In this document: one piece after another, positions 1-12,495 of the stretch
Layout: the number at the start of each line of letters is the position of its first letter
Numbering within the stretch: position 1 is the stretch's first letter
Assembly: GCA_038087875.1 (NCBI GenBank)
Contig: CM075991.1
Span: 4,340,001 to 4,404,000, forward strand
DNA length: 64,000 nucleotides
Direction: 5' to 3'
DNA from: Malacoraja senta
Taxonomy: Eukaryota
Translations under genes and position numbers: made by a program
The notes under the pieces: model-generated
What the model saw: the letters and a program-made list of their open reading frames with translations, nothing else
Told to the model about the DNA's origin: nothing
Database searches by the model: none

Positions 1-45
1 CACATACACACATGCACGCACGCACACACACACACACACACATAC

Positions 46-139
<94 letters not shown>

Positions 140-145
140 TTAGAT
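1..145. repeat. (CA)n followed by long (GATA)n microsatellite
   Basis: Direct reading: CA repeat to ~45, then pure GATA units to ~145. Confidence 0.95.
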
Positions 146-207
146 AAAAAAACAACAACATTAGTGCAAAGACAAAAGCAATGCCCCCAGGTCTATGTGG
201 TTTGGAA

Positions 208-455
208 CTTATTTGGAGGTTGCAGTGTTTAATAGTCTGATGGGTGTAGGGAGGAATCTGCTTCCGAACCTGGACGTTACAGTTTTCAGGTTCCTGTACC
301 TTTTTCCCCATGACAGGGGTGAAATGAGAGCGTGGTCAGAGTGGTGTGAGTCTCTGATGATGCTGGCTGCCTTTTAGAGGCAGCGACTCCTGTAAATCCC
401 TGCAAGGGTGGGGAGGTCAGTACCCGTGATGGATCGGGCAGTGTTTTGATCTCAC
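208..455 (-). mobile_element. Rex1/Babar LINE 3' fragment (degenerate)
   Basis: Minus-strand translation QNTARSITGTDLPTLAGIYRSRCL*KAASIIRDSHH...GKRYRNLKTVTSRF...IRLLN matches the C-terminus of the Rex-type ORF at 10978-11466. Confidence 0.8.
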
Positions 456-965
456 TATCCATTCTGAAGGCCGGTTTATTTTTCTGGAGCCGTAGCAATG
501 TTGGATGTTTTGCAAAGGACGCAAATTTCCAACCTTATGAATTATGAGGTTTATTCCGTGGCCTTGGGAATGAAGGCCTCTGAGAAGGTGATTCATTATG
601 TGTTCATCTTTATGCAGACTGGTACTTCTCCTTGATCCTCACCACATGCCCAACATCCAACCTGACTCTTAAACAGTGAGATACAATTACTTCAACATCA
701 GCTTCTGGCAGAAGGGAAGAATTTAATGTAAATAAACCGTGCCAAGCATAATGATCTGACCAAAGTGACGTCTGGTCAGAGATGCCCTGTCAGCAAGTTG
801 CTCAGAATAACAGGAGAAGGCCACTCAGCCCTTCAAGCCTGAACCAGCATTCAATACCAAAATGGCTGACCTTCCATCTGAGCCTCAACTCCTCTGTGCC
901 CATTCCCGATGGTTCTCCATTCTACAATCTTTCCGAAAGTTATCGACCTCCAACTTAAACACTGC

Positions 966-1282
966 TTTAGACTTCAGACTTTAGAGATACAGCACTGAAA
1001 CAGGCCCTTCGGCCCATCGAGTCCACTCTGACCAGTGATCACCTCGTGCGTCAGCACTATCCCACGCACTAGGGACAAATCACAATTTTTACCGAAGCCA
1101 ATTAACCTACAAACCTGCACATCTTTGGAGTGCAGGAGGAAAACCGGAGCATCCAGAGGAAACCCACGTGGTCACAGGGAGAAGGTACAAACTCCGTGCA
1201 AACAGCACCCGTGTTGAGGATGGAACTTGGCTCTCTCTGGCGCTGTAAGGCTGCAAACTACCGCTGCGCCACTGTGCCGTCC
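966..1282 (-). mobile_element. HE1-type V-SINE
   Basis: tRNA-like head (GGCGCAGCGGTAG...), central V-domain, tail GGGCCGAAGGGCCTGTTTC...TCTAAAGTCT. Confidence 0.85.
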
Positions 1283-2530
1283 TTAAATGACCAAATGACT
1301 TCCGATGACCTAACCTTCAAGGCCAAATGGGAAGAGGATTACAGATATGTAAAACCCTCAGCCAAAAGAAAATACCATACACCTCAATTTTAAATGACCA
1401 GCGTCCAGCCCTTTATCTTGTAACAAAGTAAGATGTGAATCATCGGCTAATCTAATCAGCATTCGACAAAGCAGCGATTTCATGACCTTTATCTCCCCCC
1501 TCCTTCCCCTAAATTTATACCAGTTTTATTTCTTTCAAAAGTAAACTTTGTTCATTAAAAATATATGCAAGAAATACAAAACAGATCATGGCTTTTAGAC
1601 ATTCATGGTGTCACCCAGTCAATAATTCACTGTATAGTGTGGCTAGGTCAAGACATTCGTAGAGTTAAGTGAATAAATTCTACGTACAAAGGGCCAGTGC
1701 AACTCTTGTAACCTTTGTGAACATTATAGACAATAGGTGCAGGAGTAGGCCATTCGGCCCTTCAAGATTATTGACCAAAGGGCCTAACCCTGTGACTTGA
1801 GACTTTAGACTTTCGAGGTACAACTGATGTTGGTGCGGGGGGGGGGGTGGGAAAAAGAAGGAAGAGGCAGAGACAGTAGGCTTTGTGGGAGAACTGGGAA
1901 GGGGAGGGGAAGGAGGGAGAATGCAAGGGCTATCTAAAATTAGACTCGTTTCCCCCCCCCCCCACATCAGTCTGAAGAAGGGTCTTGACCGGAAATGGCC
2001 TATTTCTGCTCCTTCACTTATGACCATATGACCTTATAACATTAGGGATAATTCACAGGAGCCAATTAACAACGGTCACGGGGAGAGCATGCAGACTCCA
2101 CACAGACAGCACCCAAGGTCAGGATTGAAGCTGGGTCCACTGGAGCTGTGGGGCAGAGGCTCTACTGTTGTGCCACAGCCCGTCTGATATGCATCTCCAT
2201 CTCTAGCCTCCAGCCTGAGGATATGGGAATGCGAACTGCTGAGTCAAGGCTGACTTTGGCTTGCTGCCTCACTCTTGCATTATAGCATCTCTAAGGTTCA
2301 AGTTTAGACGATGTAGCAAATTTTCTTCTTTTAATCTCTACGTCGATCAATTCTAGGTTAAAGACAATTCAAGGTGTGTCTTATCATCAATCAATGTCCC
2401 GACATTCTTGGCTTCTCATTGCAAATTCCAGCTTTAATTTTTGCATCCATTTTGTGACCACAGCTCTGCAGCTCAAAGCATATTGAGTAACAATCGAAAG
2501 ATTAGACTCCATGTTAAATTGCGATAGTGA

Positions 2531-2801
2531 AGGGCGGCAGAGTTGCTGCCTTACAGCGCCAGAGATCTGGGTTTGATCCTGACTGCGGATGCTGTCTGTA
2601 CGGAGTTTGTGCATTCTCCCTGTGGGTTTTCTCCGGGTTCTCCGGTTTCCTCCACACTCCAAAAACATAGAGCTTTGTAGGTTGATCGCCTTCTGTAAAT
2701 TGTCGCTAGTGTTGTCTTGGATAGACCTTGTGATCATGGTCAGCATGGACTTGGTGGGCCGAAGGGCCTGTTTCCATGTTGTATCTCTAAACTAAACTAA
2801 A
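2531..2801 (+). mobile_element. HE1-type V-SINE (head partly deleted)
   Basis: B-box-like GGTTTGATCC, V-domain, (CTAAA)n tail. Confidence 0.85.
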
Positions 2802-3486
2802 TGAATGTCAGGCAGTCTGAATTTTGACCTGAAGACCTCCATTGTTTGGAAGATGAGGCAGTTCAAATCATTCCTTATTATTATTGCCTCTTGCAACAAA
2901 GAGGATAAGAGCTCTCCTTTGCTTTAAGGTAATAAAAGCACTTCTCCATATAAGGCCATTCAGCCCATTCTGTCTGTGCTGGCACATTGAAAGAGCTCGA
3001 CTGAAACCTGCATGTGCTACATTACTCTGAACATTTTCCCTATTTAAGTGCCCGTTCATGGAAGATGTCAAATTATTGTTAAATCAGCTTCCATTACTTT
3101 TCCAGGCAGTGAATCTGTCGATCATTACTACCTGCTTCCTGAGACACCGACGCTGGCTGGCTTTGGATTGACACTGGTATAAACACAGAAACATAACTCA
3201 GGATTCGAATCAATGAGGTGAATGTAAAGCAAGAGAAAATGTCACGCACACACGTCCATAGGCAGCCAGCTGAAGACTGAATCTGTCTTTTCTTGTAATC
3301 GCACCAAAAAAAGGCCATTCTGCCTATTTCCCCTATGCTAGCTCTCTTAATTGTACTCCCCATCTCTTTCCACACGAGTTTCCACTGACCCTGTGATGGG
3401 TAGCAGTCACATCCAGACCCTGAACTTCCCAGGATCGGAGATCATTGGCCACAAGACTGATTAGCCTTCACATCAAATCACTGTAC

Positions 3487-3553
3487 AACAAGGAGCTCAA
3501 AACTTCACCTGCGGCAAAAAAACAAGGAGCTCAAAATTCAGCTGCGGCAAAAA
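3487..3553. repeat. ~33-bp tandem duplication
   Basis: aacaaggagctcaaaa(c)ttca(c/g)ctgcggcaaaa occurs twice back to back. Confidence 0.8.
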
Positions 3554-3879
3554 TCTTCAGGAGTGATTTGTATGCTCCAAAAAAAAAGGTTTCTAAAATT
3601 GCGTCCGCAGTAGCAGGACAAATCAGTCGGTTATTTCACAGTTCAAAGTCAAGAGGACTGGATAGATGCAGCACAGCAAAGCGTCTAAAAACATTGAATT
3701 GTCACTTTGAATTATAGATCGCAGGCAGAGTTGCCCAGATGTGATGGCTAAATCTTGGCAACGAGTTTGCGAGCTTATGAGCTTTCAATTATCCCAGCAA
3801 AGGCGATATTTAGCCTGCTGTCCCCGCCAATAGTTTGCACAATCCACAGCCAGCTTTTGGAAGTGATGGATAGAGGAAG

Positions 3880-4092
3880 ATTAAGGCAGAGACAGATAGA
3901 TTCTTGATTAGGACGGGTGTCAGAGATTATGGGGAGAAGGCAGGAGAATGGGGTTAGGAGGTTGAGATAGTTCAAGTGAGTTTAATGGTCATGTGTCCCT
4001 GATAGGACAATGAAATCTATCAGGCCATGATTGAATGGCGGAGTAGACTTGATGGCCCGAATGGCCTAATTCTTCTCCTATTGCTTATGACC
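3880..4092 (+). mobile_element. CR1 LINE 3' fragment
   Basis: ...TTATGGGGAGAAGGCAGGAGAATGGG...GAATGGCCTAATTC...CTTATGA, the same tail as other CR1 copies in the window. Confidence 0.8.
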
Positions 4093-4735
4093 TTTGGATA
4101 GTTTTGCTAGCTGCTGGTCTCCGGAATTGACAAAAGGGTTGGTGGTGCGGGTGGAGGGGAGCGGCGTGCAGGCAATGGAAACTTCACTCGGAAACATCTT
4201 CCCAGCTCCTCAAAAAAATAAGTCTGTCGTAAATCACAAAATATTGATTGGGCTCCTTGTCTCCAATGCTCGGCGTGAGATTGGAGAGCGTGGTGCAGAA
4301 TGCTGACGGTTCTTCCTCTCCAGAGAGGTCTAAGTGGACCAGCAACCATCCATTAGTAACACTGACAGTGGCAGCAAGCTTATTCCCAATGGCCGAGGCA
4401 CCATCTCCAAGTGAAGATGTTTGCTTCCGCTGTTAAATGCTTACTCCTTGAGACACTCAGTCGGAAGAATGTGTTATTCTCATCACAGCCCCTTCTGGCG
4501 GTGGGGATTCTGTGCTGTGTTGTGCTACACCCGTACTGTATCTGGCTTAACTCAGAGAGGCACAAACACAACATAAAACAGGTCGTGGATCAATGGTGAA
4601 TCTACCAAACACGTCGGCTTATTGAAGGCTTTACCAGTGCGCACCAGGAAACATTTTGGATTCTGACAGACCACATTGTTAAGGACTTCAATAAACCAAC
4701 TTACCACTCCATGAGCTGTTTTATTTGCGTCTTTA

Positions 4736-5128
4736 AGCCCCTGTCCCACTTAGGAGACCTAAACAGCAACCTCTGGTGACGTTGCCCGCCACACAAAGTT
4801 TCCATGAGGTCACGGGAGGTTTTGGTCACTCTCCCTAATGGTGGAAAGTGGTTTCCGCGTGGTCGAGGCTTCATCTAGGTTGCTGCTATTTTTTTCATCA
4901 TGTTTAAAACCGGCCTCGACTAAAAATAGGTTGCCGTTTTAAAAAATCCATAATTTTTTAGTCGCAGATCTAGTCTAATCCGGTTTTCTTCATAGTCGAG
5001 GAAGGTTTTCAACGTATGCGTGGGAGGCGGTAGGAGGTTGCAGGTCACCTCGACCTTGATTTTTTTACTGGGTGGCGGGCAAGGTCACCAGAGGTTGCTG
5101 TTTAGGTCTCCTAAGTGGGACAGGGGCT
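4736..5128. mobile_element. PIF/Harbinger-type MITE, 393 bp
   Basis: 57-bp TIR with 1 mismatch (AGCCCCTGTCCCACTTAGG...), TTA target duplication at 4733-4735 and 5129-5131. Confidence 0.85.
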
Positions 5129-5273
5129 TTACATTCCTCACTCTCCAAGCTATTTCCTGTTGACAAGCTGTTCCCCCGGATAAATTCCACCCTGCCCTCC
5201 CCCCCCTCCTCCTTTCCACCCCCAAACCAGCCTCAAGATAAACACCAAAGATAGATGCAAAGTGCCAGAGTAG

Positions 5274-5567
5274 AGAGCCTGTCCCACTTGGGCGTCATTT
5301 GCGCGTCATTTACGCAACATCCTAAAAATTGGTTGGCGCGTGGTGATGCGCACGTGGCGCGTGGTGACGTATGCAGTGACGCGCGGCACTTCCCTATCGC
5401 CCCAGGTTTTTGGAATGTTCAAAATCCCCGCGCGCCAGCTGCGTGACGTATCCCTTGGCGCGCGACTGTCGTACTGCTAGACGATTTTCGCTCGACAGTC
5501 GCGCGTCAGTCACTGCCGGCCTGTCACGTAAATGATGCGCAAATGACACCCAAGTGGGACAGGCCCT
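5274..5567. mobile_element. PIF/Harbinger-type MITE inserted in a Penelope terminal fragment
   Basis: TIR AG(A/G)GCCTGTCCCACTTGGG(C/T)GTCATTTGCGC; splits the host GAG-TAA-CTCAGC motif (TAG left, TAA right). Confidence 0.8.
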
Positions 5568-6486
5568 TAACTCAGCAGAGTCGGGCAACATCTCCGGAGA
5601 TAAAGGATGGGTGACGCTTTGGGTCGGGACCCTTCGTCAAACTGGAAGTAGGAGGTGGGGAGGGGGTGAAGAGCTGGAGGTGAGAAGAGATCAGGACTAT
5701 TGGGTGCCAGCAACAGGTGGCCTGAGACTGTTCATATCTTTGGCTTTTGTTCCAAACATCTGCTTGACATAAAACTATCCCCCTCACCTGTGTCGACCTT
5801 TACCCTTGTCACGCTCCCACCCCACCCACCCCCCCCCCCCACCCCACCCCAATCATTCTGAAGAAGGGTCTCTCTTAACACTTAATAACCTTTAAAACCT
5901 AATTCACCTCTCCTCCCCCTTATAATCAGTCTGAAGAATGGGTCTCTTCTCATCACTAATACCCTTAAAATAACCAATTCACCTCCCCCCTCCCTCGTAC
6001 AATCAGTCTGAAGGTGAGGAGAAGGAGGGGAGATGAACAGGTTATTTGAGGGAATTAGTTTTAAGGAGAGCTCGGACAAACTTGAATTGTTCTCCCTGGC
6101 AAGTCACCTATCCATGTAACTCATGCTGCCTGCCCCGCTGAGTTACTCCAGCACTGTGTCCTACAGAATGCTCAGATTTTCCAAGCTATTCCTGTCATTT
6201 TCAGTTGCAGCCGCCTCTCACGATAAGGGAAAAAAATTCAGAAGTTGTTAAATTTCCGCACACTGGTTGGCCATGCAGTTCCATCATCCCTGGATGCTAG
6301 TGTGCCAAGGGATTCATTCCAACCAGACAGATCAAGGTCATCTGGTGAGATATATCTGCCGTGCGCATGGAGCTCACATGGTCTCCTGCAGCTGTTTAAA
6401 ATCCCCCCCCCCTCCCCAGCCCCCTCCCATTCCCCATCAGGCGAGGGCAGAAGCATTTCTCAATAGTTTCAATGCAGTCTTACTGA

Positions 6487-6812
6487 GGACAGCATGGTGG
6501 TGCAGTGGTAGAGTTTGCTGCCTTACAGCACTTGCAGCACCGGAGACCCGGGTTCGATCCCGACTACGGGTGCTGTCTGTACGGAGTTTGTACGTTCTCC
6601 CCGTGACCGCTTGGGTTTTTCTCCAAGATCTTCGGTTTCCTCCAACACTCAAAAGACGTCCAGGTACAGTGTGCAGGTAAATGGCCTGGTAAATGTAAAA
6701 AAATGTACCTTATGTGTGTAGGATAGTGTTAATATGCGGGGGATCGCTGGTCGGCGCGGACTCGGTGGGCCGAAGGGCCTGTTTCCGCACCGTATCTCTA
6801 AACTAAACTAAT
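6487..6812 (+). mobile_element. HE1-type V-SINE (duplicated anticodon-region variant)
   Basis: A box TGGTGCAGTGG, B box GGTTCGATCC, V-domain, CTAAA tail. Confidence 0.9.
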
Positions 6813-6864
6813 TTAAAACTACTATTTTCTTCCAACATTCTAGGCAGCCAAGAGGCCAGAATGA

Positions 6865-6960
6865 AAGAAGACACAAAGTGCTGGAGTATTCAACGGGTCG
6901 GATAGCAACTCTGGAGAACATGGATGGGTGACGTTTCGGGTCGAGACCCTTCTTCAGGCC
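6865..6960 (-). mobile_element. Penelope-like terminal repeat fragment with hammerhead-type core
   Basis: Reverse complement of 6930-6957 is CTGAAGA-A-GGGT-CTCG-ACCC-GAAA-CGTC. Confidence 0.75.
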
Positions 6961-7402
6961 AGAATGAAACTCTGAGCTGTTATATCGGAGGATTTAAAGG
7001 AGTCAGCCTGGCTGAGGAACCTAATATGACCCCAATCCCATTGTTACATCTGTGGGTGGGAGTTTCTTTACTGAAACACCGTGGCTCAAATTGGCTGCAT
7101 TTCACAACTCCAAAATACTTCTCTGTCTAATCAGCAAAATGGTTAAAAAAAACATGTGTGAAATATATTTTCAAAACGTCCTTGTAGTTCTCTCCAGTGT
7201 TGCCTGGAGCAGCAAGCAGGCCATGGGTCTTATCTTTCCAGGAAATATCATTGTAATGCTGCAGTTGGCAGCTTTACTATGAAGGCACAGTTAGAAGGTT
7301 GAGGCCAAATGTCACTGGGTTATTGGTGGTAGCAGAATGGCAGAGGCGAAAGGAACAGAAGATCCCATAAACTGAGAGGTCCTGAGGTCAAGGAACATCA
7401 GG

Positions 7403-7712
7403 TTGGTGCGGTGGAGCAGCGGTAGAGTTGCTGCCTTACAGTGACATGGACCCAGGTTTGATCCTGACCCACGGGCGCTGTCTGTGCGGAGTTTGTACGT
7501 TCCCTCCATGACCAGCGTGGGTTTTCCCCAGGATCTCTGGTTTCTTCCCACACTCCAAAGACGTACAGGATTTGTAGACTAGTTGGCTTGGTATGATTGT
7601 AAATTGTCCCTAGTGTGTGTCGGATAATGTTAGTGTGTGGGGATCGCTGGTCAGCGCAGACTCAGTGGGCCGAAGGGCCTGTTTCCGTGCTGTATCTTGA
7701 AACAAAACTAAA
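7403..7712 (+). mobile_element. HE1-type V-SINE
   Basis: Same head, V-domain and tail as the other copies. Confidence 0.85.
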
Positions 7713-8147
7713 ACGGTTGGGCAAGTCGCAAACATTCCTGGTAGAAAACAGACCAGATTTTGAGGAAGCAACATTGAAATTCAACTAACAGTCAGATGTG
7801 GAATTGATTTCCACACTCTGTTCTCAATGATGCAGGAACATGTTCTTCAGAATAGCAAGCATCCAAGGCATGCCAATCTAGCAGGGTGATCAAAGAACAT
7901 TTATAGGCACGAGATCTGCTTTCTTGTCTCACAGCCAAATAGTCAAACACATCCTGAATTCAGCTGAGCAATGCAAATTGTAGCAAGGTGATCCAAGCCT
8001 TATTACTGATACACTGGGATGGCACACTTTATTGATTTGGTAATTAATTGTTGATAGCATTATTGATCTGGTAACTAACCAGATTGGTATCTGGTGGAGG
8101 ACCTTCAGCCCCTTGAGTCTCATCTGCCCTTCAATGCGATCATCGAG

Positions 8148-8650
8148 TAGTTTAGTTTAATTTAGTTTAGTTTAGATTAGTTTTTGTCATGTGTACCGAG
8201 GTAGAGTGAAAAGCCTTTTTGTGGCGCGCTATCCAGTCAGCGAAAAGACTTTTCTCCAGAGATGCTGTCTGACCCGCTGAGTTACTCCAGCTTTTTGTGT
8301 CTATCTTCAGTGAAAAGACTGCTTGATTACAACAAATATTGACATAAAATGCTGGAGTAACTCAGTGGGTCAGGCAGCATCTCCGGAGAAACAGAATAGT
8401 TGACATTTTGGGTCTTCAAACTCCAGAGCATTTTGCGTCTATCTTTGGTGTAAACCAGCATCTGCAGATCCTTCCTGCACAGACATGATTACAATCAAGC
8501 CGTCCACAGTGTACAGATACAAGATAAAGGGAATAACGTTAGTGCAAGATAAATTCCAGTAAAGTCCTATTAAAGATAGTCCGAGGGCCTCCCTTGTAGT
8601 AGATGGCAGGTCAGGACCGCATTTTAGTTGGTGATAGGACGGTTCCGTTT
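8148..8650 (-). mobile_element. Rex-Babar-type 3' UTR/tail carrying two Penelope mini-insertions
   Basis: Matches the UTR that follows the Rex C-terminus at 62365-62560; inserts at 8251-8307 (TSD cagYgaaaagact) and ~8332-8485 (TSD tgattacaa). Confidence 0.65.
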
Positions 8651-8964
8651 ACCTTTCATGGTTCATGGGGGAGAAGGTACAGAAAACTGAGAACTGGAAC
8701 CTCCAGATCCCAAGAACAACTTCTTCCCATCAACCATCCAGTTCTTGAATCACCCTGCACAACCCTAACCTAGAAACATGGAAACATTGAAAAAGTTTCT
8801 CCACATCTCAGTCCTAAATGGCCTACCACTTATTCTTAAACTGTGACCCCTGGTTCTGGACTCCCCAAACATCGGGAACATTTTTCCCTGCATCTTGCTT
8901 GCCCAAACCCTTAAGAATTTTATAGGTAACCGCAACCCTTTCTCAGCACTGAACCACTATAAGG

Positions 8965-9720
8965 GCTATCTAAATGGCGTCAAGTTTGGAAAAGGGGAAG
9001 TACAACGGGATCTGGGGGGTCCTTGTTCGTCAGTCTATGAAAGTAAGCATGCAGGTACAGCAGGCAGTGAAGAAAGCGAAATGGCATGTTGGCCTTCATA
9101 ACAAGAGGAGTCGTGTATAGGAGCAAAGAGGTCCTTCTGCAGTTGTACAGAGCCCTAGTGAGAACCACACCTGGAGTATTGTGTGCAGTTTTGGTCCCCT
9201 AATTTGAGAAGGACATTCTTGCTATTGAGGAGTGCAGCGTAGGTTTACAAGGTTAATTCCCGGATGGCGGGACTGTCATATGCTGAGAGAATGGAGCGGC
9301 TGGGCTTGTACACTCTGGAGTTTAGAAGGATGAGAGGGGATCTTATTGAGACATATAAGATTGTTAAGGGTTTGGACACGCTAGAGGCAGGAAACATATT
9401 CCCGATGTTGGGGAGTCCAGAACCAGGGGCCACAGTTTAAGAATAAGGGGTAAGCCATTTAGAACGGAGATGAGGAAACACTTTTTCTCACAGAGAGTTG
9501 TGAGTCTGGGAATTCTCTGCCTCAGAGGGCGGTGAAGGCCGGTTCACTGGATACTTTCAAGAGAGAGCTAGATAGGGCTCTTATAGATAGCGGAGTCAGG
9601 GATATGGGGAGAAGGCAGGAACGGGATACTGATTGGGGATGATCAGCCATGATCACATTGAATGGCGGTGCTAGCTCAAAGGGCCGAAGGGCCTACTCCT
9701 GCACCTATTGTCTATTGACT
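8965..9720 (+). mobile_element. CR1 (HER1-like) LINE, 5'-truncated; inverted fragment at ~8795-8925
   Basis: Encodes ...LYRALVRPHLEYCVQFW...RGDLIETYKI... with single-base indels; (CTATTGT)n tail. Confidence 0.9.
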
Positions 9721-9780
9721 TTCTGAAAATAAATGTTACATATATTTTTGAGAACCCTGCGCTAGAGACATGGGTTCGAT

Positions 9781-9980
9781 NNNNNNNNNNNNNNNNNNNN
9801 NNNNNNNNNNNNNNNNNNNNNNNNNNNNNNNNNNNNNNNNNNNNNNNNNNNNNNNNNNNNNNNNNNNNNNNNNNNNNNNNNNNNNNNNNNNNNNNNNNNN
9901 NNNNNNNNNNNNNNNNNNNNNNNNNNNNNNNNNNNNNNNNNNNNNNNNNNNNNNNNNNNNNNNNNNNNNNNNNNNNNNNN
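9781..9980. other. Assembly gap (200 N)
   Basis: Run of N. Confidence 1.
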
Positions 9981-10150
9981 GATGCTTATAGTCATAGAAT
10001 CATGGAGTTATGCAGCATGGAAACGGGTCCTTCATCTGATGTCATTTATATTCCAACCCTTGTCAATGAGTGCTTGTAAGGGCACTTCAGGGAGCAGTAA
10101 AGAATCAACCACAGCGATGGGTCTGGAGTTAAATGGAGATCAGATCACAG

Positions 10151-10764
10151 CGGGTGGCACAATGGTGCAGCGGTAGAGTTGCTGCCTTACAGCACCAGAG
10201 ACCTGGGTTCGTTCCTGACTACCGGTGCTGACTGTACATTTGGAGTTTGGACATTTTTCCTGTGAGCACGTGGGTTTTCTCCAGGTGTTCCGGTTTCCTC
10301 CCGCACTCCAAAGACATAAAGATTTGTAGGTTAATTGGAGCCTTCTGTAAGTTGCCCTTTGTGTGTAAGATAGTGCTAGTGTCCGGGGCGGTCACTGGTT
10401 GGCACGGATTTGGTGGGCCGAAGTGCCTGTTTCCACACCGTATCACCGAAGTCTATAGATCAAGTAAGGACAGGAGATTACCATTAGACGGCACAGTGGC
10501 GCAGTGGGTAGAGCCGCTGCTTCACAACGCCAGAGGCCCCAGTTCGATCCTGACCTCTGTGTGCAATTTACATGTTCTCTCTGTGACCGTGTGGGTTTCC
10601 TCTGAGTGCTTCGGTTTCCTCCCACACCCCAAAGGCATGTGGATTTGTCAGTTAATTATCCTTTGTAAATTACCCCTGGTGTCAGTGGAATTACTAGTGT
10701 GAACATCATGGACTCGGTGGGCCGAAGGGCCTGTTTCCATGCTGTATCTCTAAACTAAACTAAA
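10151..10764 (+). mobile_element. Two tandem HE1-type V-SINEs (~10151-10460 and ~10487-10764)
   Basis: Two heads (GGCACAATGGTGCAGCGG; GGCACAGTGGCGCAGTGG), two V-domains, two tails. Confidence 0.85.
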
Positions 10765-10854
10765 CCATGCTTGAAGGACATGTGAACCGGATGGGTTTTT
10801 AACAGCAATCCAATAGTTTCATTATCACCATTACAAAGACTAAATTTTAATTCC

Positions 10855-11669
10855 AGACTGGCAGCGTGGTGTTCAGACAATAACCTCATCCTAAACACCA
10901 CAAAAACAAAGGAAATTATCATAGACTTCCGTAAGAACAGTGCAGCCCTCAAACCCCTATTCATCAATGGGGACTGTGTGGAAAGGGTCTCAGACTTCAG
11001 ATTCCTGGGCACACAAATTACGGAGGATCTCTCCTGGACTACAAACACCACCACAGCAGTCAAGAAGGCCCAGCAGCGACTCTACTTTCTGAGGATCCTC
11101 AGGAAAAACAACCTGGAGGAGAAGCTGCTGGTGTCCTTCTACCGCTGCTCCATCGAGAGTGTGCTGGCGTACTGTATAACCACATGGTATGCCAGCTGCT
11201 CTGCAGCGGACAGGGGAGCCCTTCAAAGGGTCATCAACACCGCACAAAAAATCACTGGCTGCCCACTGCCCTCCCTGAAGGACATCTTCAGCTCTCGCTG
11301 CCTTGGCAGGGCAGCCAACATCCTGAAGGACCCTTCCCACCCTGGACACAACCTGTTCCACCTGCTGCCCTCTGGCAGACGGTACAGGTCTTTCAAAACT
11401 CGCACAAACAGACTCAGAGACAGCTTCTACCCCATAGCCATACGTGAACTTAACAATGCAAAATAAGAAATATCACTCACATTCAACTGAATGGTTCTAC
11501 CTCAGCTGCTATGATTATTTACCTGTAATTTTTCTTTTTATATGTATATATTTTACCTTTTCTTATATATTTAAAATTGCTCTTGTGAATCGCACCGTGG
11601 TGGTTGACTTTTAAATTCGTTGTACAATAGTGCAATGACAATAAAGAGATTACTTACTTACTTACTTAT
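10855..11669 (+). mobile_element. Rex1/Babar LINE, 5'-truncated, open RT C-terminal frame to stop at 11466
   Basis: LAAWCSDNNLILNTTKTKEIIIDFRK...FRFLGTQITEDLSW...KKAQQRLYFLR...LPSGRRYRS; 3' UTR ends AATGACAATAAA then (TTAC)n. Confidence 0.92.
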
Positions 11670-12186
11670 GTAATAGTTTTCATTGAAATTCAGCTCTTTA
11701 TCTGACGGGAGCCTGCCCTGATCAATAATACCTATCTTGTGGAGACCACAGACTTACCAAACCAGAATACATTAAATTTGAAGCACATTTTACATGCAAC
11801 AAAGTTTCACTTAGACTAAGATCTTAAGATATTGTTCAGAGTGAGCTGGATCATCAGCTGTTTCTTAAACAGGACATTACTCCTGCAATCTCGTGGAGTG
11901 TTATTTTGCTGCTAAGCACGCTTGACGTATATGTTACTTTAAGGACAGAATATTGAAGTGCTGCCAGCCTTGAGGTTAAGTGCTGTGCTTTTGGTGATAA
12001 CCTTATTCAGGTTCTGATACATTTCCAGGAAAAGAAAATCAAAAGAAGACTGCAGATGCTAGAAGGCTGAAATATTAAAATGAAATCTGCTGCAAATACT
12101 CAGAAGCCATACAGAGTTAAAACGCTTCAGGTCATAGATTCTTCTTCAGAGCCCTCCTGATGAATGGCCTTCATGCTGGAACATTA

Positions 12187-12495
12187 GGGGCAGCACGGTG
12201 GCGCAGCGGTGGAGTTGCTGCCTGACAGCCCCAGGGACCCGGGTTCGATCCTGACTACGGGTGCAGTCTGTACGGAGTTTGTATGTTCTCCCTGTGACCG
12301 TGTGGGCTTTCTCTGGGTGCTCCAGTTTCCTCCCACACTCCAAAGACGTGTGGGTTTGTAGGTTAATTGGCTTCAATAAAAACTGTAGATTGTCCCTAGT
12401 GCGTGGATAGTGTTTGTGTACGGGGTGATCGCTGGCCGCCGCGGACCCGGTGGGCCGAAGAGCCTGTTTCCGCGTTGTATCTCTAAAGTCTAAAG
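12187..12495 (+). mobile_element. HE1-type V-SINE, full length
   Basis: GGCAGCACGGTGGCGCAGCGG head, GGTTCGATCC B box, V-domain, TCTAAAGTCTAAAG tail. Confidence 0.92.

Noticed and set aside
9708..10079. ORFs spanning N runs (also 34708-35310)
   Set aside because: Artefacts of assembly gaps.
12187..12262. tRNA-like sequences with A and B boxes (many copies)
   Set aside because: They continue into the V-domain and LINE-derived tail; they are SINE heads, not tRNA genes.
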